From Euglena gracilis (taxonomy: Eukaryota), in contig CP154954.1 in the NCBI GenBank assembly GCA_039621445.1, positions 8,620,634 to 8,684,633 of the forward strand: a DNA stretch of 64,000 bases. The letters are read 5' to 3'. The notes below the pieces were generated by a model. That model made no database searches and had not been told where the DNA came from. It worked only from the letters and a program-made list of their open reading frames with translations. Both the position numbers and the translations under genes were made by a program. Numbering within the stretch: position 1 is the stretch's first letter; each line of letters begins with the position of its first letter. Of this stretch, positions 13,201-28,200 are shown one piece after another.

Positions 13201-16200
13201 TGGCATTTTGTTTGGTGCTGAGGATCAGGGCGTTGCATAAAAAATTTGACCCCCCCCCCGGTCAGCAGCCAGTCAGCAGCATTTTTCCAGCCCCGGACCC
13301 CTCCCCCCCAACGAGTTTTATTTACTTCCAGCAGGCTGAACAGTAATGTATTTTGATTTTGGGGATGTGCAAAAATGGCCAAAAACGGGTCAAAACTGGG
13401 TCGGAAAAAGGCTGGCCAGGGCAAATTTTGTGCCAAAGGATCAAATTTTTTTTTGCATAATTAGTAGTTTTTTTTGGCATTTTTGTGATTTCATTTTTTG
13501 GCACTCCGTTCGACCCGGGTTGGGCCAGCTCCAGCCCGAGACCCCTCTATGGGGAGGGAGGGGGGTCAGCCAGCAGCCTTTTTCCAGCCAGCCCAAATTT
13601 TCCAGCCTCTGAGCTGGACCCCGGGGGGTTCCTTAACCAACGCCCTGCTGAGGATGCATGCACACATGTGCGCATCTGGAAACTCTAATTGCATATGTGT
13701 CTGGGTTGTCAGGCACACACCACAACAAACCAATCCCCAAACCCCCCCACCACACCCCACACCCACACCCCACCCAAACACCCCCCCCCCCCCCCCCCCC
13801 CCCACCCCCCCCCCACCCCAAACCCCGCAAGCAAGGTATGGTGCGGCCAGGAAACATCAGCCATGCTGCCATAATGCCCACATCGGTGCTTAATATGTAT
13901 CAGAAGCCTGCATTTTGTGAGCGTTGAGAACTTTGTTTTGCAGCAGGGAGTGACCCCGACCTTTCTGGGGGGTCGCGGTTTTGTTATATTTTTTTGTTTT
14001 TAATTTCGGCAAAATTGGTTTTGTGGTTTCTTTTTGTGTATTTTTGTGTTTCTGAAACCAAACGTTGTGTCAAGTTTTTTCATTTTGGATGTTTTGGCCA
14101 ACAAAATTCTTTTCAGAATCATTATGTTCCCAAAAGTGAATCAAATGCATATCAATATGATGTTGCCTGACGAAAAAATCCCCCATGAGATGCAAAATTT
14201 CCAAGTTCAAAAATGGCATTTTCGATGATGGTCGGTCTCAAAAAATTGCCAAAAAATCCGTTTTTGGGTGGTTTGCGGCCGAAAAAAGTCCCCGGCGATT
14301 TTCATTTTTCTTCCCCAGGGGGGGGGGTTATAGGTCCCGGTTTGGTTGGTCAGCCAGAGGGGGGGGGTCATATGTGGGGGGGTTTATGGGTGGGGGGGTT
14401 TACATCCTCGGGGAACTCCTAAAAAAGTTTGCATGCAACTTTTTTTGATTTAATTGAGTTTTTTTTTACATTTTTCTGCATTTTTCTGCATAGACTTTTC
14501 GAGAGTCCGTGTTGTATGTTGTAGTCGCCCCTGCCTTCCTTAGAATGTTCACTGTTGGATATAATGAGCTCCTTGCCCTGCCCAAACCTCTATCCACATC
14601 CACCTTCTTATTCCCATGCCCACTCAATCATTTCCTGGGTACAATGTTTTTCAGCAATTTTAAAACAGTCACCGAAAAAAACTATACTCCAAGCCCATTG
14701 CTGGTGTCGCCACCTATCAGCATCACCTACAACCCCCCCCCTTCCGGCCAGAATGGGAATGTCAGAAGGATCACCCCGACCCACTGGCACCAACTCGGCA
14801 ATTCACCAAGCAAGAAGGTTGGACTGGTGTTGTGGTGTTTCATGGACTTCGGAGTCTTGGGCTGGGGGAAACGATTTGCGTGTAGAGAAATAGGCCGACA
14901 GATCGCTAGGTAGGTCGATAGATTGGTCGATAGATTGGACAGATAGGAAGGTGGCAGGCTAGCGAATAATGAACCTGGCATAAGGATGGATTCTGTGTTT
15001 TGGATGGAATAGGGTACCCCCCCCCCCCCGGAAACTGTCATGCCCGAGAACCTGTCAGGCTCCCGCCCGGGAAACTGTCAGGGTCCCCGGTACCGGCCAA
15101 CCTGTCAGGGTCATTTTTTCATTGACTTTCCCTTGAAATGCCCCACCCGGGAAATTGTCAGGGTCCCCGGTACTGGCCAACCTGTCAGGTGACAGTTTCC
15201 CGGGGGGGGGGTAGATGGGGCTTTATTGATGGAATGGGGCTGAAACCTTAGGCCTAATTTTACGGCCAATGTGTCCGGCTAATATGGAGGGTTATGGCTG
15301 TTTGCCTCCCGCCAGCTTGGCTGGCGCCCACTTCCGGGGCAGTGTTTTTGCCAATTCTGTCAGGCTATGTTGCCGGTGCTCGAGAGCGCCGGGTCCCGGA
15401 TCGCTTTGCAAGCGTCAGCCGCAACAATGTCCCCAAACCCCACTCCCCTCGCTCCGGTTCCCATTCTGCCCCCCCCCCCCCCCCCAGCCCCCGGCCCAAC
15501 CAGCCCCCCCCCCCCACCCCTCCGGCCCCATCCGGCCTCCCCAGCCACACTTCCCTCCGGGGGAAGGTCTCCGGTGCGGCGTGCCGGGCGATCCGTCAGC
15601 GCCCACCGCCCCACGGCCCTGCCCGGGCCTCCACGGCGACGGCCCCCTCCCCCCCCCCCCACCCGCCGTGGCCCCGGCTGTCGCACGTCCATGCAAACCC
15701 TCTGTCACTACTGCCTGACCCCCCCGGGGGCCTGATTTTGTTTTTCCCCCCAGAGTGAATGACTGGTTTTTGGAAGTGTGGAAGTGACCCCCCGGGTTGG
15801 TAAGAACTTGTGCGCTCACATCTCAACAGCCTTATCCCGCGTCCATCTGCCGTTGATCCCACGCTGGGCCATACCCGCAAAAGATCACCCGACATCCACT
15901 CCGAGATCCAGGACAGCATTTTCATCTGCATCGACAGGATACCCAGACATCATCATCGTCATTGTCATCATCTATTGGATTGCTTATCTTGTTTCTCCCA
16001 TTCATCATCTCACCCAATTCTCTGGCGTTGGTTTTTTTTTCTGGAAAAACACACGTGAACTCATTAAACAGGGCTATTCCTTGTTCGGAGCGTTCCTCAG
16101 CCTGGGTCACACGTCCACCACGTGTTGAACACGTCCCTGGTTGGTGGGAAAGACCCTTTCCATGCGGCCTTTGGTAGCCCCTGGCCACTCCTTTTGTGTT

Positions 16201-19200
16201 GGTGCAAGAGAAACATTTGTTATTCAAGTTTTTCGGGTGGGGGTAAATGAAACCTGTTTGTTGTTTATATTGCTGGTTGTGTTCAAAAAATTTCAAATTA
16301 TTGGGCTGGCTTCATCCAAGTTAGTTGTCTATCCACAACCAAAATTGTCAGTACACAGTTTCAAAGCTGCTGATATGACCAGACTGAATGACAGATGTTT
16401 ATGCCGACCGCATGTAGTTTTCCTTTTTGTTTCCCAATTTTTTTTTCATCAATTTGTCCAACCTTGTTCAGTCTTTCTCCTTTTTTTGCTTCCACCTTTT
16501 TGTGGTTGGATGAAATATTACGAAAGAAAGAAAGCAGTTGGGTCGTATTTGGCAGGTAAAAAACTTTCGCTGGAGGAGGTATGGTGACCATCATAGTGAC
16601 TGCATTAGAGCAGTTCTTTAACGGCGCCTGGGTGAATGCACAAAGGGTGTGATGCCACTGCTGGTGGGAATGGTTTTGGTCCTTTTATGTACATGCGTGC
16701 TCTCATATGCATACACGGGCATGGCACCTTTCACTTTGTGTGTGTGCATGCACGCGTGTGCATGCGTGCGTGTGTGCATGTGTGTCTGGGTGCGTGTGGG
16801 TGTGTGTATGCGTGTCTGCGTGCGTGCGGGTGTGTGCATGTGCATGTGTGTGTGCGTGTACGTGTGCGCGCGTGTGCGTGTGCGTGTGTGTGTGCGTGCG
16901 CGCGCGTGTGTGTGCGTGTGCGTGTGCGTGTGTGCGTGCATGTGCGCTTGTGTGTGCGCGCGCGTGTGTGTGGTGTGCACGTCGTGTGTGTATGTACGTG
17001 CATGTGTGAATGTGTGTGCATGTGTGTGTGTGTGCTTACGCACTTTAGGCCCACACAGCAGCTTCAAGATTTCTCACCATATTACCAGAGGCCGCAGCCC
17101 AGCCGCCGTTGTGCCATTAAATAGCCCCCTGACCCCCGGCTGGACCAAAGCCGAGCCAGAGGGGCCCCCCTCTCCCTTTTCATACTTCCCGGAGTGCCCC
17201 AGGGGTGCCCCCGCGCCGGTCTTGGCTTTCCCTCAGCCCGTCCCATTGCTCTGTGCCAGAACCAAATGGTGTTTTTTGGGGGGGGGGGGACCCCCCCCCC
17301 CCCCCCCGCACCACCCTCGTTGATTTTGAGGTCAGAAATTCCTTGGGTGTTTCCATTGTGGATGGGGGTTTCATCAGCCCCACCAGTGTGGCCTTCTCAT
17401 CAACCCTGCTTGTGTGTGTGTGTGTCTGACTCCAATGCCTAAATATGCTCCCCATCCGGGGGGGGGGGGGGGGGGGGGAGGGGCTGGAGCCAAAAAACCA
17501 ATCAGTCATTCGCGAAAATGCAACCAGGCATGGCTCGCCAATAGTCGGAAATGAAAGACGCTGGCGTCTGAGTGGTCTGAGTGGTTGGGACTTCCCCCAA
17601 AAGAGTTTGAAGTGAGTGACTGGTGCGAGAAGTGACTGACTTTGCTTTGGAAGTGGGGAAACGACCAGTCAGCAACGGTGCGCCTCAGCCCCTGCTGACC
17701 CCGCCTTCTCCCGGACTGACCTGCTTCCTCATTGTTGATGCCTATTCGATGGCTACGTGACGACGGTCGGCGTTCGTTCCGACTATGCAAAGGGTACAGC
17801 GCGGCCGCTATTATTTGAACCGAAAATTCTGAACAATTGTTTCCTGAGTTTTGGAGTAGTTTCGGGATTCTGCAGGGCGGATGTGGGCTGCCGAAATGGT
17901 CAAGTGCCGGTTCATGGGGTTGCAAAAATAAAACGTTGTTTTTTGAATTTGCCTGCTTACTTTTGCCACCTCCCACGTCGTTTGCCTGTTCCAGATTGGT
18001 CCCCCAGGTTAGAAAGGGTGGATTGCTGGTCGTTGGGTTTTTTGGAACCTGGTTCATACAAGGGGTGTGGCTGGCTCCTGAAATCCTACCGGGAATATGT
18101 TTTTCGCCACTCAACCTACAAATTGTTTCTTTTCCCTGGTCCATTGACCCTACTGAAGTGATTATCATCTGCGTCGTGCATTGCAACAATTTCCCAGGAT
18201 TGGAATATTTCTCTTTCTGTGTGTATGTCAATGAAACAGAGGGTTCTCGGATTGCACCGGTTGCCAAGTTTCCAACGCCCTCCCAGCGTGCCATCTTTGG
18301 TTATTGCTGACCTTATTGTTAACCTTTTTTATCCTCTGCCTCTGCATTGATGGGTGTGCCTTGTTTTGCTCGTTGACATATTTTGTAAGATGAGTTATTT
18401 ATCTTTTGTTTATTTCATATTTCAATTCATAATTTTTGATTTCTTTGTTTTAAGATTACTAAATATCAAATCAGCAAATGAAAAATAAACTTTCAAACTG
18501 CTGAAGTATATGAGTTTGATTTTGGGTGTCCCATTTTTTTGGCACTTTTGTGCTCCCATCTCATTTCCTTCAGATTGCGCCCAGGCTGAATTTTAAGCCC
18601 CACTCTGAGGGTTGGCACCCTCCGGGGGGTACATGGCAGGCCTCCCTCCATGGGCCATCGTTTCAAGCCCCCCTTCCCCCCAGCCAGCCTCCTCCTCTCA
18701 CCCCACCCCGACCAGCACCCCCATCGCACCGTTGTGGGCGGCTTTCTGACCTCGCCTCGATGCCAGCTGTCTTCCCTTCTGACCCCCTTTTCTGCCCCGC
18801 CCCACTGTTACCCTCGGGTGGTTTTTCCCTTACAAGCAGCATGCTTTGGGACAGAAGCCGTTCAAAGTTCGTGCTCCATCCTGCCCCAGCATCCCTTGAA
18901 CGCACATTCAGAATTAAATGTGGAAATTTTGGTTTTGTTCAGATTCCAACTTGCTTTTTTTAAAAATAGCAACGTGTCGGCTGATGAGTCTACAAATCAT
19001 TAAAAAAAAAAAGGGTTAAAATAGGCGAAAATTTGTCCCAGAAGCTTAAATTTTTGGTGGAAGGACATTTTTTTTGCATCACAGGCAGTTTCCCCCCCAG
19101 GGTTTTCGCAGTTTGTTACTTTTTTTCCATATAGTTCGACCCCTTGGTCGGGCCTAGTTTCAGCTGTGGACCCCCACAGAAGGGACAGTGGGATTCAGCC

Positions 19201-22200
19201 CACCCAGTCACTCACTCAGCTGCCTTTTCCCAGCCCCTGAGCTGGACCTCCCTGCGTCGCTAAACAGCACCCTTTTTTGTGTCCGGATTTTCCCGCTAAT
19301 TTTGCCGTCTTTTTTTTTCATTGGTTGGACAAGTCCAGCATTCCCTGCTCCCCCATTTGAGACCCCCCCCCCGGACTTGCCCCCTCCTTACATGTAAACT
19401 TGGTCCCCCTAAAGTTGGCCTCCAGCCTTCACTCGCGATCTTGATCCCCATTTTAAGGTTCCTGGCTTGTTTTGCTCACGGCCCTCCAAGTACGCATGCC
19501 AAGAATTTTTTATTTATCTTCATTTCATATTTTATAATTTTTATTTTATCTTTATTTAATCTTACCATGCACACACACTTGGCCCCCTAAAGTTGGCCCC
19601 CCGGCCTTTCAGTCATGCCAATCGTTACCTTCAGCCCCCGTGTCCAGCGCTGGGGGGGGGGGGAGGCAAGGGTGTAGACCCACCCACGGGAACCACACCA
19701 ACCACGCAAGGTGAGTGCATGTCCCCACAGCGCTGGAATTCCACCTGAGTTGCTCCCCCGGCCAGGGGGAGCAACACAAGAGCACTGGTGTAAGGGGCCC
19801 CTGGCCACTCGCCGTTTTTTGGGCCGTTTTTGGGTCAAAAAATCAGTTTTTCCAAAATGTCTTGACAATGAAGCAAAATCAAAGAAAATGTCCGGAAAGC
19901 AAAAATGAAGCCCTTGGAATGCCCTATCCAACCATGGTTTTCTTTTCCCCCAACTCTTTGTTTAGCCCGAGTTACGGCCATGTTTCGGCCAACTTGTGCC
20001 CATTTCAGGGCACACCGCAAACTGGGCCGAAAGCCAAGTTGGCGCCGGCCATGAACGGACAAGAAGCCCCAGTGCAACAAGGGGGGGGGGTGCGGAAGGT
20101 ACCTGGTGACCAGGGAATTTCTTAAGCCGGAGGGTACCCTACCCCCCCGGGGGGGGTCCAGCCAGCCAGCAGCTCAAATCCAGCCAGCAGCCCAAATTCG
20201 GGCTGGGAGCCCCCCCCCCCCGGGGGGTCCTTAAGAAATTCCCTGACCTGGTCTGCCTGCCCCCTCCCCCCAACCCACCCGGGTCCCCACCGCCGCCCCT
20301 GCTGGGCCAGCCGACTGGGACGTCGACAGCGCTGCCGCAGGGTAGCGCCCCTCGCGTACACCCCGGCCCGTACATAGCAACGGCGGGGCCGACCGGGGCT
20401 GACCGGGCGGCGGCCAACCCGGATGGCGCTGGCGGACCTGTCACGTCGGAGTCTGTGTCTGTGTCTGTGTCGCACCGACACAGACACGGTGCGACCGGTG
20501 TCTGTGTCGCACCGCGCACAGACAGCGGGTGCGGGGCTGTCTGACACCTTCCACCTTCCCATCCTGTTCCCCCATTTCTTTTTACCTAAAATCAAAATTG
20601 TCCTTTGGCGCCTGCACCCCCGTCAGGGCACCCCCCAGACCACAATTGAAGGTGGCCCGGGGGGGAGGGGGCAATTGAACGGACCACACGACACAGCAAA
20701 CTGGGCCAGAAGCGAATTTAGTGCCAGCCATAAACAGACAAGAAGCGTGAGTGCAACTGAGGGGGCAATTGAAGGGAGGGGGGAACTCCTGGGGCGGGGG
20801 GGGGCTCAGCCAAGGCCACCGCCAGCACAAAATCGTTTGAAAAATTTTCGGGGCTTTGAACTCGTGAATTCGACGGCTATTTTTGAAGGGCTCGGGGGGA
20901 AAAAGTCCATATGTCCTGCAGCACGAAGTGCCAGGGAGGAAAATTTTGGTCCCCCCCCGTACAACCTTGCCGCCCTTCCCTTGCCAGGGTTCGATATAAG
21001 GAGGGCGTACATGGTTTAGGTGGGGGAGTGTCCCCCCCCCTGGCCCACAGGGGGGGTCCGGACCACCCCCCCCCCTCCTCTCCTTATATCGAACCCTGTC
21101 CCTTGCCCAGCTTGGCACGCAGCCACTTTTCTGCTCACAAGGGTCCCCCCCATCCACCTTGTGGGGCGTCGACAATCCCCCTCCCCCGGCGTTCCCGTTC
21201 AGCCCTGGGGCCGTGTGTGACGGCGGACTGCGCGATGGCCGCGGGGGGAAATGGCCCCGTGTGCCTTTGCGTGGGCCGGGCGGTGGCTCCTTTGCCAGCA
21301 GGAGCGCACACCACAAGCACGGGCCTTTTCTTCCCTTTCGTTTTGCTGTTTGTTCGTGGAACCCACCAGCTGGAAACCAGACAAGGTAGCCAAGCTGTAG
21401 CCATAAGGGGAAAGATCTGACCGAATTCCCGATTGGCAGGGTTGACCAAACCTGGAAGAGAGTCCACCGGAAAGTCAGCAGTGATTCCAACCGGCATTCC
21501 TTGAAAGGGTTCTACACAAGAAACGAAATGCAAAAGAATGAACGCAGGTGCCGGAAGGAGGTGCAAAAGGAGCTCAAGTTTTGAAGAAACAGTTGCACCG
21601 AAAGAAGTGTGGGAAGCAAGGAGGAGAAATGTTTGATGGGATTTTGTGCAAAAAAAAGGTACAAAGACTTGATTCTTTCAGCTGAATGGGCAGAATACCA
21701 ACGCGAAGCGAGGCAAAGAATAATGGTATGGAAAGTGGCCATTTGTGTTAATCTTGTTTGCTTCATATCATGGAGTTCTTACCTCCCCCTTTGTCCAAGA
21801 GCCACCCCCGGTCCTTACACATCTTTTTTAAAGGTGGCTCAGGTTGGAATTATCTTATGTGTGTTTTGAATTTTTGATATTTTGGAAACTTCCGAAGCCT
21901 GATTTGGTGACAAATGGTTGACTTTTCCATCCCAATGCCTGTCAGCTCAATAGTGGACGTGGTAATGGCCTGCCTCTCCCCTCTGTCCAAATGGGCTGCC
22001 GGCACACCGGCCGCGACACCATCGCCTGTATATACCTATGTACACACCGTCAAGCCAATGTCCTGTGGCATCTCAACCGTTTTGCGGATTGTTTCCAGGC
22101 ATTCACCCGCTATGGTTTGTTTTAAAGTGACTCGTGAGAATGCGTTGGGGGGGGCACCTTCCACCGATGTCCGCCGCCAACCGCCAACACCTGCCGCCAA

Positions 22201-25200
22201 CGTCACCACCACCACCACCAGCAGCACAGCAGCAGAAATTATGATGACATGGACGAATTAGCAGTGAATTATATGTTTCTCATAAGCACTGTTCTTCACA
22301 GTGTTGCTTGACCTTGTGCCCCAAGTCCCCCCCCCCCGGATGCCTGTCCCCAAGAAGCAGTTGTGGTCGCTTTTAGTCCCTCTCAGGTGGGCGGTGCGAC
22401 CTCTCAGCTGCATGGCTCGTTCTGCCGGGGGTGAGGTTGGGTTAGGAGGTTGCAGATATTTCTTTGTCTTTTTTTTGAGTCATGGTGTCCCCAAGTGGGT
22501 TAGGTGCCTTGTCAGCAGCCCGCTGCAGTGTCCAGAAGCTTCAGTTGTTTTTGTTGTTGTCTCAAGGATGGTAAATACAGGGAGACCAGGAAAGGGAAGG
22601 AATGAAAAGATCTGTTTTCAGCATGTTCCAACTACCTCGTTTTCTAGAAATTGGAAAATAGGAATACCGGCACATTTGTCTGAACGGCATTCGTCACCAC
22701 TTGCAGATTGGTCGCTTTCTTATTGTTCAAAATAATAGTTTCTCATCCTTGTTCTGCTACACCCAAAAAGCAGTTGCTTCTGACCTCCTGCTTCACCCAA
22801 AAGCAGTAGACTGGACGTGCGTTGGTTATTTTCATCGCGCCTTGAGACTTGCTGCTCCACACTCATTGTGGAAGGTCTTTCACGGGGGGGGGTGTCTTAT
22901 ATTTGAGGAAGTAGGTGCCAGCCCAGGGGTGTCTTATATTTGGGTGTCAGCCGGAAAATCCCCAAAGGGTGCCTTAACCGATTGGGAGTTGAAGGCCAGC
23001 AGAGCCAAGAGAGCCCAATTTTTCATGAGTTATGTGGCATTCTACCGCATTCACATTATTCGGTGGGGGAGAGAGCGTGCCAGCAAGCTTTTCTCGGGCC
23101 CCCGGGCCCCGGTGAGTGGCGTTCCGTATGGGCCGTGTGCACGTTGGCCGGCACCGGTCACCCGCCCAAGAGGCACGCCCGTTCCCTTTTCCACTTCGCC
23201 CTCCCGGCGCCAAACCACCTGACCCCTTCGCGGGAGCCCTATGCTTCCAGCAGCACGCTCCACTCTGGCGGCTTGCCGTGGGACCCTGGGCGAATGAGTG
23301 GCTGGCACGCTGGCTTGAGTGTGGTATGAACAGTTCTCAACAACTCGCAAACCTCGTCTGCCGCATGGATGATTTTCTTATTTGTAATGCTTCTGCTTTT
23401 GAGGTATTATCCCTTCCAGGTGCAGCTGAACCTGTCCCCTCCAACCAACATCTATATGCTGGGTCCCTACATCGGGTGAAAGAGATCAGAGGCAGATGGC
23501 ATTGCGAATGCCACATTACTCCTTGCGCTGCAGCTGAATGTTGGGGGGTGTTGGAGTGGACAAACACTTTGCATGGTGTGTTTTCAGAATTTTTTTTTGT
23601 TAAGAAGGCAAACTCTGATGTGCCCCAGATTGTCTGGTGGTGCCCCAACTTCCTTTCGGGGGGGGGGGGCATTGTTGTTGCCATCGGCACATGCTACAGA
23701 CAGTGTTTCCCAGTCACACTGCAATGTCACCAGGACCGGGCATTGCATTTGTCAATCGAACGGCCCTGCTGCTGTGGTCCCATTCAGCAACACCTTGGAA
23801 CCTTTTATGGGGGCTGCCCAGGGCACCATTGTGTGCCAACTTGGCCTCCAGAGAACGAAGAAATTGATCCAAATGTTTCCGTCAATTTTTTTGTGCCGCC
23901 TTCTTTCCGCTTTTTGTGAAATTATTCATTTTTTTTCGAAACTTAGCATGTATCCCCCTCCGAGAGGCGGTTTATTATGGGTTGGAGGTCAACTCATGGC
24001 TCGGTGCCATTTATTTTTATTTTATGTTTTCGGAGGGTGGGGCGTTCAGGGGCACCGCCACCTCAGCCGATGACAGGGGCTGCGGAGCAAGCCAGGTGCA
24101 CACCGGCTGCAAGCCGCCTTCCCCAACCCCCCTGCCCGCAGGCATTGGTATCTACGCTGGCTTCCCCGGCCTCCCCTCCCCCCTCCCCTCCCCTGAGAGA
24201 CGGTGTCCCTGAGGCAGGCTTCTTTTTTTGGCCCCTGGACCCCGGATCGTATCGATTGTGTTGAGAAGCCGCCATCGGCATCAGACAAGGACGGCTGACT
24301 GCAAATGCAAGCAAGGAGCGGGGATTGGAAATAAAAAATGGAATAGGGCAAGGAAAAAAATACGGGGAAAAAAGCATCACCTCCCCTATCCCCTAGGCGA
24401 CACCCCCGAAGTCCAAAGTCAAAGGGCATACATTTGTGGTAGAACATAAAACAGGATCCTCATTTCATATTGCAATTTTTCTTTTGCATTTTTGGACTTC
24501 TTTCAGAGGATTGTTTCAGTTTTTTTTTTAAATCGGCCACTGCCGCTTTTAACAACCTCCTCCCCCCCATTGAAAAATTTTCTTCCTATCAGGGCGTTCT
24601 TTAACGACCCCCCCGGGGGGGGGTGTCGAGACGATGTTTTGCAGCCCAAGTATCACAAACAAACGTGTGGAAGGAAAACACGAAAATATGCCAATAGTCA
24701 GTTCCTGGGACTTTTTGGGGGGATGCTTGCAACCTCGGAGCGTGCCCAAAACCTTCCCCCATTTTTTATTTTTCAAACTGGCAAAAACTAGGGGTTTCAG
24801 AAAACCCCTTGGGGTTTCTGAAACAGCCTTTTTGCCTTCCCCCCACAAGAACCCTCAAACCAGTGGATGTGGACGAAAAGGCAAAATTGGTGGGCAACAA
24901 TTAAAAAAGTGCACATCCCTTGCTTTGAACCGAGGTTTGGGGCACATAAAGCAAAGACCTTTTTTTTATAAGCAAAGACCTTTTTTATTGTCCCAGGGAC
25001 CATGGAAGCAAAGAATGGAAACCTGACTTTTGCAATTTCGCAAGTGATTGACGTTTTAAATCGTTCTCAAAAAGCGGCCATTCTGGCAGTAAGGTGGATA
25101 CTGTGAACTTGTTCGACCAGTTCCCAGGTAGCAGAATGTGAGGCCCAGCATATCCGCAGACTGAAAGGCTGTCCAATGCTGCTTTCGCGATTTTTACTTA

Positions 25201-28200
25201 ATTTAGTTCTAAATTGGAACCTTCGAATTTAATAGTTGTGGATTTTTTTTGAAGATATGAGATAGCCCTCCTTAATAGGCCGGAGGCGGCTGCCCGCTGC
25301 AACCCGTGCTTCTATTGGGGGGGGGGTTACGTGTGTTCATCCAAAAACGGGACCCGAAAACACCCGAAACAGGTGATAAATCCGGAAATCTTTTGGATTG
25401 AGCGGTTGCGCAAGGCAATTCCACTCTTCTGAGCTGTGTTTGAAGGAGACTGCCTAAGTTGGAGGGGGACTCAGAACAGAGGAAGGGGCACAACAGAAGC
25501 CTGTCCGAAATCCCCAAACCCCAGAACCCCCTTTTTCAGATGCCCCGGCAGCGTAGCCGGGCCAATGGAGTACGAGGCGAAGTCTGAACGGTAACGGGTC
25601 GTTGGCGGTGCGCCCTGCACGGCCCAGGTGGCTTTGCCTCCAGCCTAGTGGTGGGTTGGTGCACGCCCCCCCCCACGGCCATTCCTCAAAGTGGCCGAAT
25701 TGCAAATTTGACATTTGACAGGTCGGCAGACTTCTTTGAAAGGAAGGTCTTTCCCCGGGTTGGAGATCGGCATGGTGTGTGGAAGACAATTTTGACTTGT
25801 CTCTGGCCGCAGGAATGTTGGGTTTAGCTGTGGGCAGCATACACTACATGCAGGTTGACCGTTTCAAAGGGAATTTCGCCTAGCCAAATGGGGGGGGTGA
25901 GGGTAAGACTTTTTATGAAGAATAATTGGGGTTCAATCATAGCTCCTGGTGTGGAAACAGGGATGGCGCCAAAGGCAATTTAAGCTTAAAAGCTTAAAAC
26001 AATTACTCAATGTCACAGGCTTCCCCACAGCCGGCTCAGGGTTCGTAATGAGGCCCGTCGTCGTGTTTTTAGCATTCACGGGTGAAATTTGGGCATTTAT
26101 GGGTGCACCATAGAATACCCGTGAACGCCCACATCTAATCACGCGTGCGCCATAATACACCGTGCATTGTATTAACAGGAGCACTCTGTATCACCAGCAT
26201 TGCGGAGAAAGAAAAATTGAGATTATGTCATTGAAATAGCAGCAATACATTTTTTTTCCCCAAAGGATTCAAATTCACCTTCACCAGCAAAACAGAAAAG
26301 ATTCAAGGCCACTGTTTTTGTCTTTTGTATGTGCACCCGTGTGAAGGAGAATATCAATATCAAAACTCGAAAAATTTTCTAAAACATTTTTGAAACGAAC
26401 CATATTATCAATTTTTCAAAGATACCCTCGCGGCATCCCCCCCCCCCCGCCCCCGGAGCTTGGACACACTCCTCCTCACATGCAAACTTGCCCCCCTATG
26501 CAGTTGTCTCTGGCCTTTACTTCCGACCCATTTTTCGGCCTTTCAGCACATTATGCTCATCGCTCGGCGGGATTCTTACCGTGCGAAATTGGCCCCAAGC
26601 TCCCTCCCCCTGGGCCGGGGGGGGGGGGGGAGCACTGCGGCGCCCACAAATACACGGGCCAACAACACTGTACCCGTCCAGCAGCAAGCTGCCTCCGTCT
26701 CCCCCAGGGTCGGCCTCTCCGTTTCCGGCGGGGGCGGCGGCACGGCAGCCCCGTCCCCTGTGCCGGCGGTCTGTGGGGCGGCGGCCCGGGAGACGGGTGG
26801 CTGGTGGCCGAGCACCAAACCCCGGGAGGTGACCACTTCTTTTACAAGAAGTTACCCCCCCCCCCAGAGAGGTTGGTGCCTTGGGTTTGGCATTATGAGG
26901 GGGGGGGGGCGGATTTTGGGCGGGTAGTATTACCCCCGGTGCCGAAGACGCCGGGGCCCGAAGATTTCCATTTTCAAGCGAATATTGGCCACCACTTTGG
27001 TCGGCAGGCAATGGGGCGCAAAACCGACCGGGGGGGGGGTGCCTGCTGTGGGAGGTACCCCATTGCACAAGACCCCCCCCGGAGTTGGTAAAAAGAAGCC
27101 TGGTGGGGACAGCAAAGGAAGATCCAAGGATTTTGGAAGTGAGGAATTTGGGGGGGGGCACCCAGATGTATCTCCAGGGTGCGAATCAGAGTGGAAGAAT
27201 TCATATGTGCCGTTTTGAAGCCTTGGCACACAGAAGCGGCTTTGCCTATATCGGATTTGCCCCCAGCAAACCTCCACTCCGAACCCACCACGGTAAAAAC
27301 AGGCCATGGTAACCAGGGTGCAAAAACAAATAATTTGTTTGCATATGAGTTTTCCATTTTGACCCATCAGAAACTGCTGCCCATTTAAAATGTGTATATT
27401 TGCCCTTGCAATCCGCAATAAAGAAAGCAGAAGAAATCAATCCCAGTCAATCCCAAACCAACATTCCATACCTCACAAAGATAAACTGATCACGTTTGAA
27501 GGTTCCATGAATGAAAAAAAAATTGTGCCACCTTCTTTTATATACATCCTCATTCCGTTATGTTTGGGGCTCGGGTGTGATATCGACCAGGGAGGCAGCC
27601 GATGTCAGCCGCTGTGGGTTCGAATTGAGGTGCCACCGAATCCCTCGGCCTTATTCTTCTGTGGGAATTGTGACTGCAGTTTGTGGCAGCAGGGGGGTTT
27701 GTCTTTCATTGCTTTCTGAAAGAGAAGTGGCCATGCTGAAAATTCCATATCTGGAGCACATGACTGATCAATGGTGCCTTCACCATGGATTATGAGCAAA
27801 GGTTTCCAACCTTTTTTTCAAAACAGTTTGAATTTCTATTTAATTGCCTTTGAGGAGGTCATTTTATAACTTGAACACTAAGCTATATTCCTAGCCCCCC
27901 CACCCCCCACCTTTCAGCCCTTTTTTTTCCCCAACACTGACATTTTTTTTAAGGACATAATTTTTGTGAAATTTCTGGCACTGTTGATGGCCGAGCATTT
28001 CAAAAGCTGGAGGTCCCCCATGGAGAGGTCGCTTTTTTCACTTGGGGTCGGTTCGGCGAAGCTGGACCAGAAAAAATTTTCGTGTTTGCATTATGCAACA
28101 TTGGTGTGGAGCCTCTATTATAAATTTTTTTTTGTATTTGGGAATTCACCGGTCAGCCAAATTCAAAAATGGAAAAAAAATGAAAAGTTTGGTCTCATTC

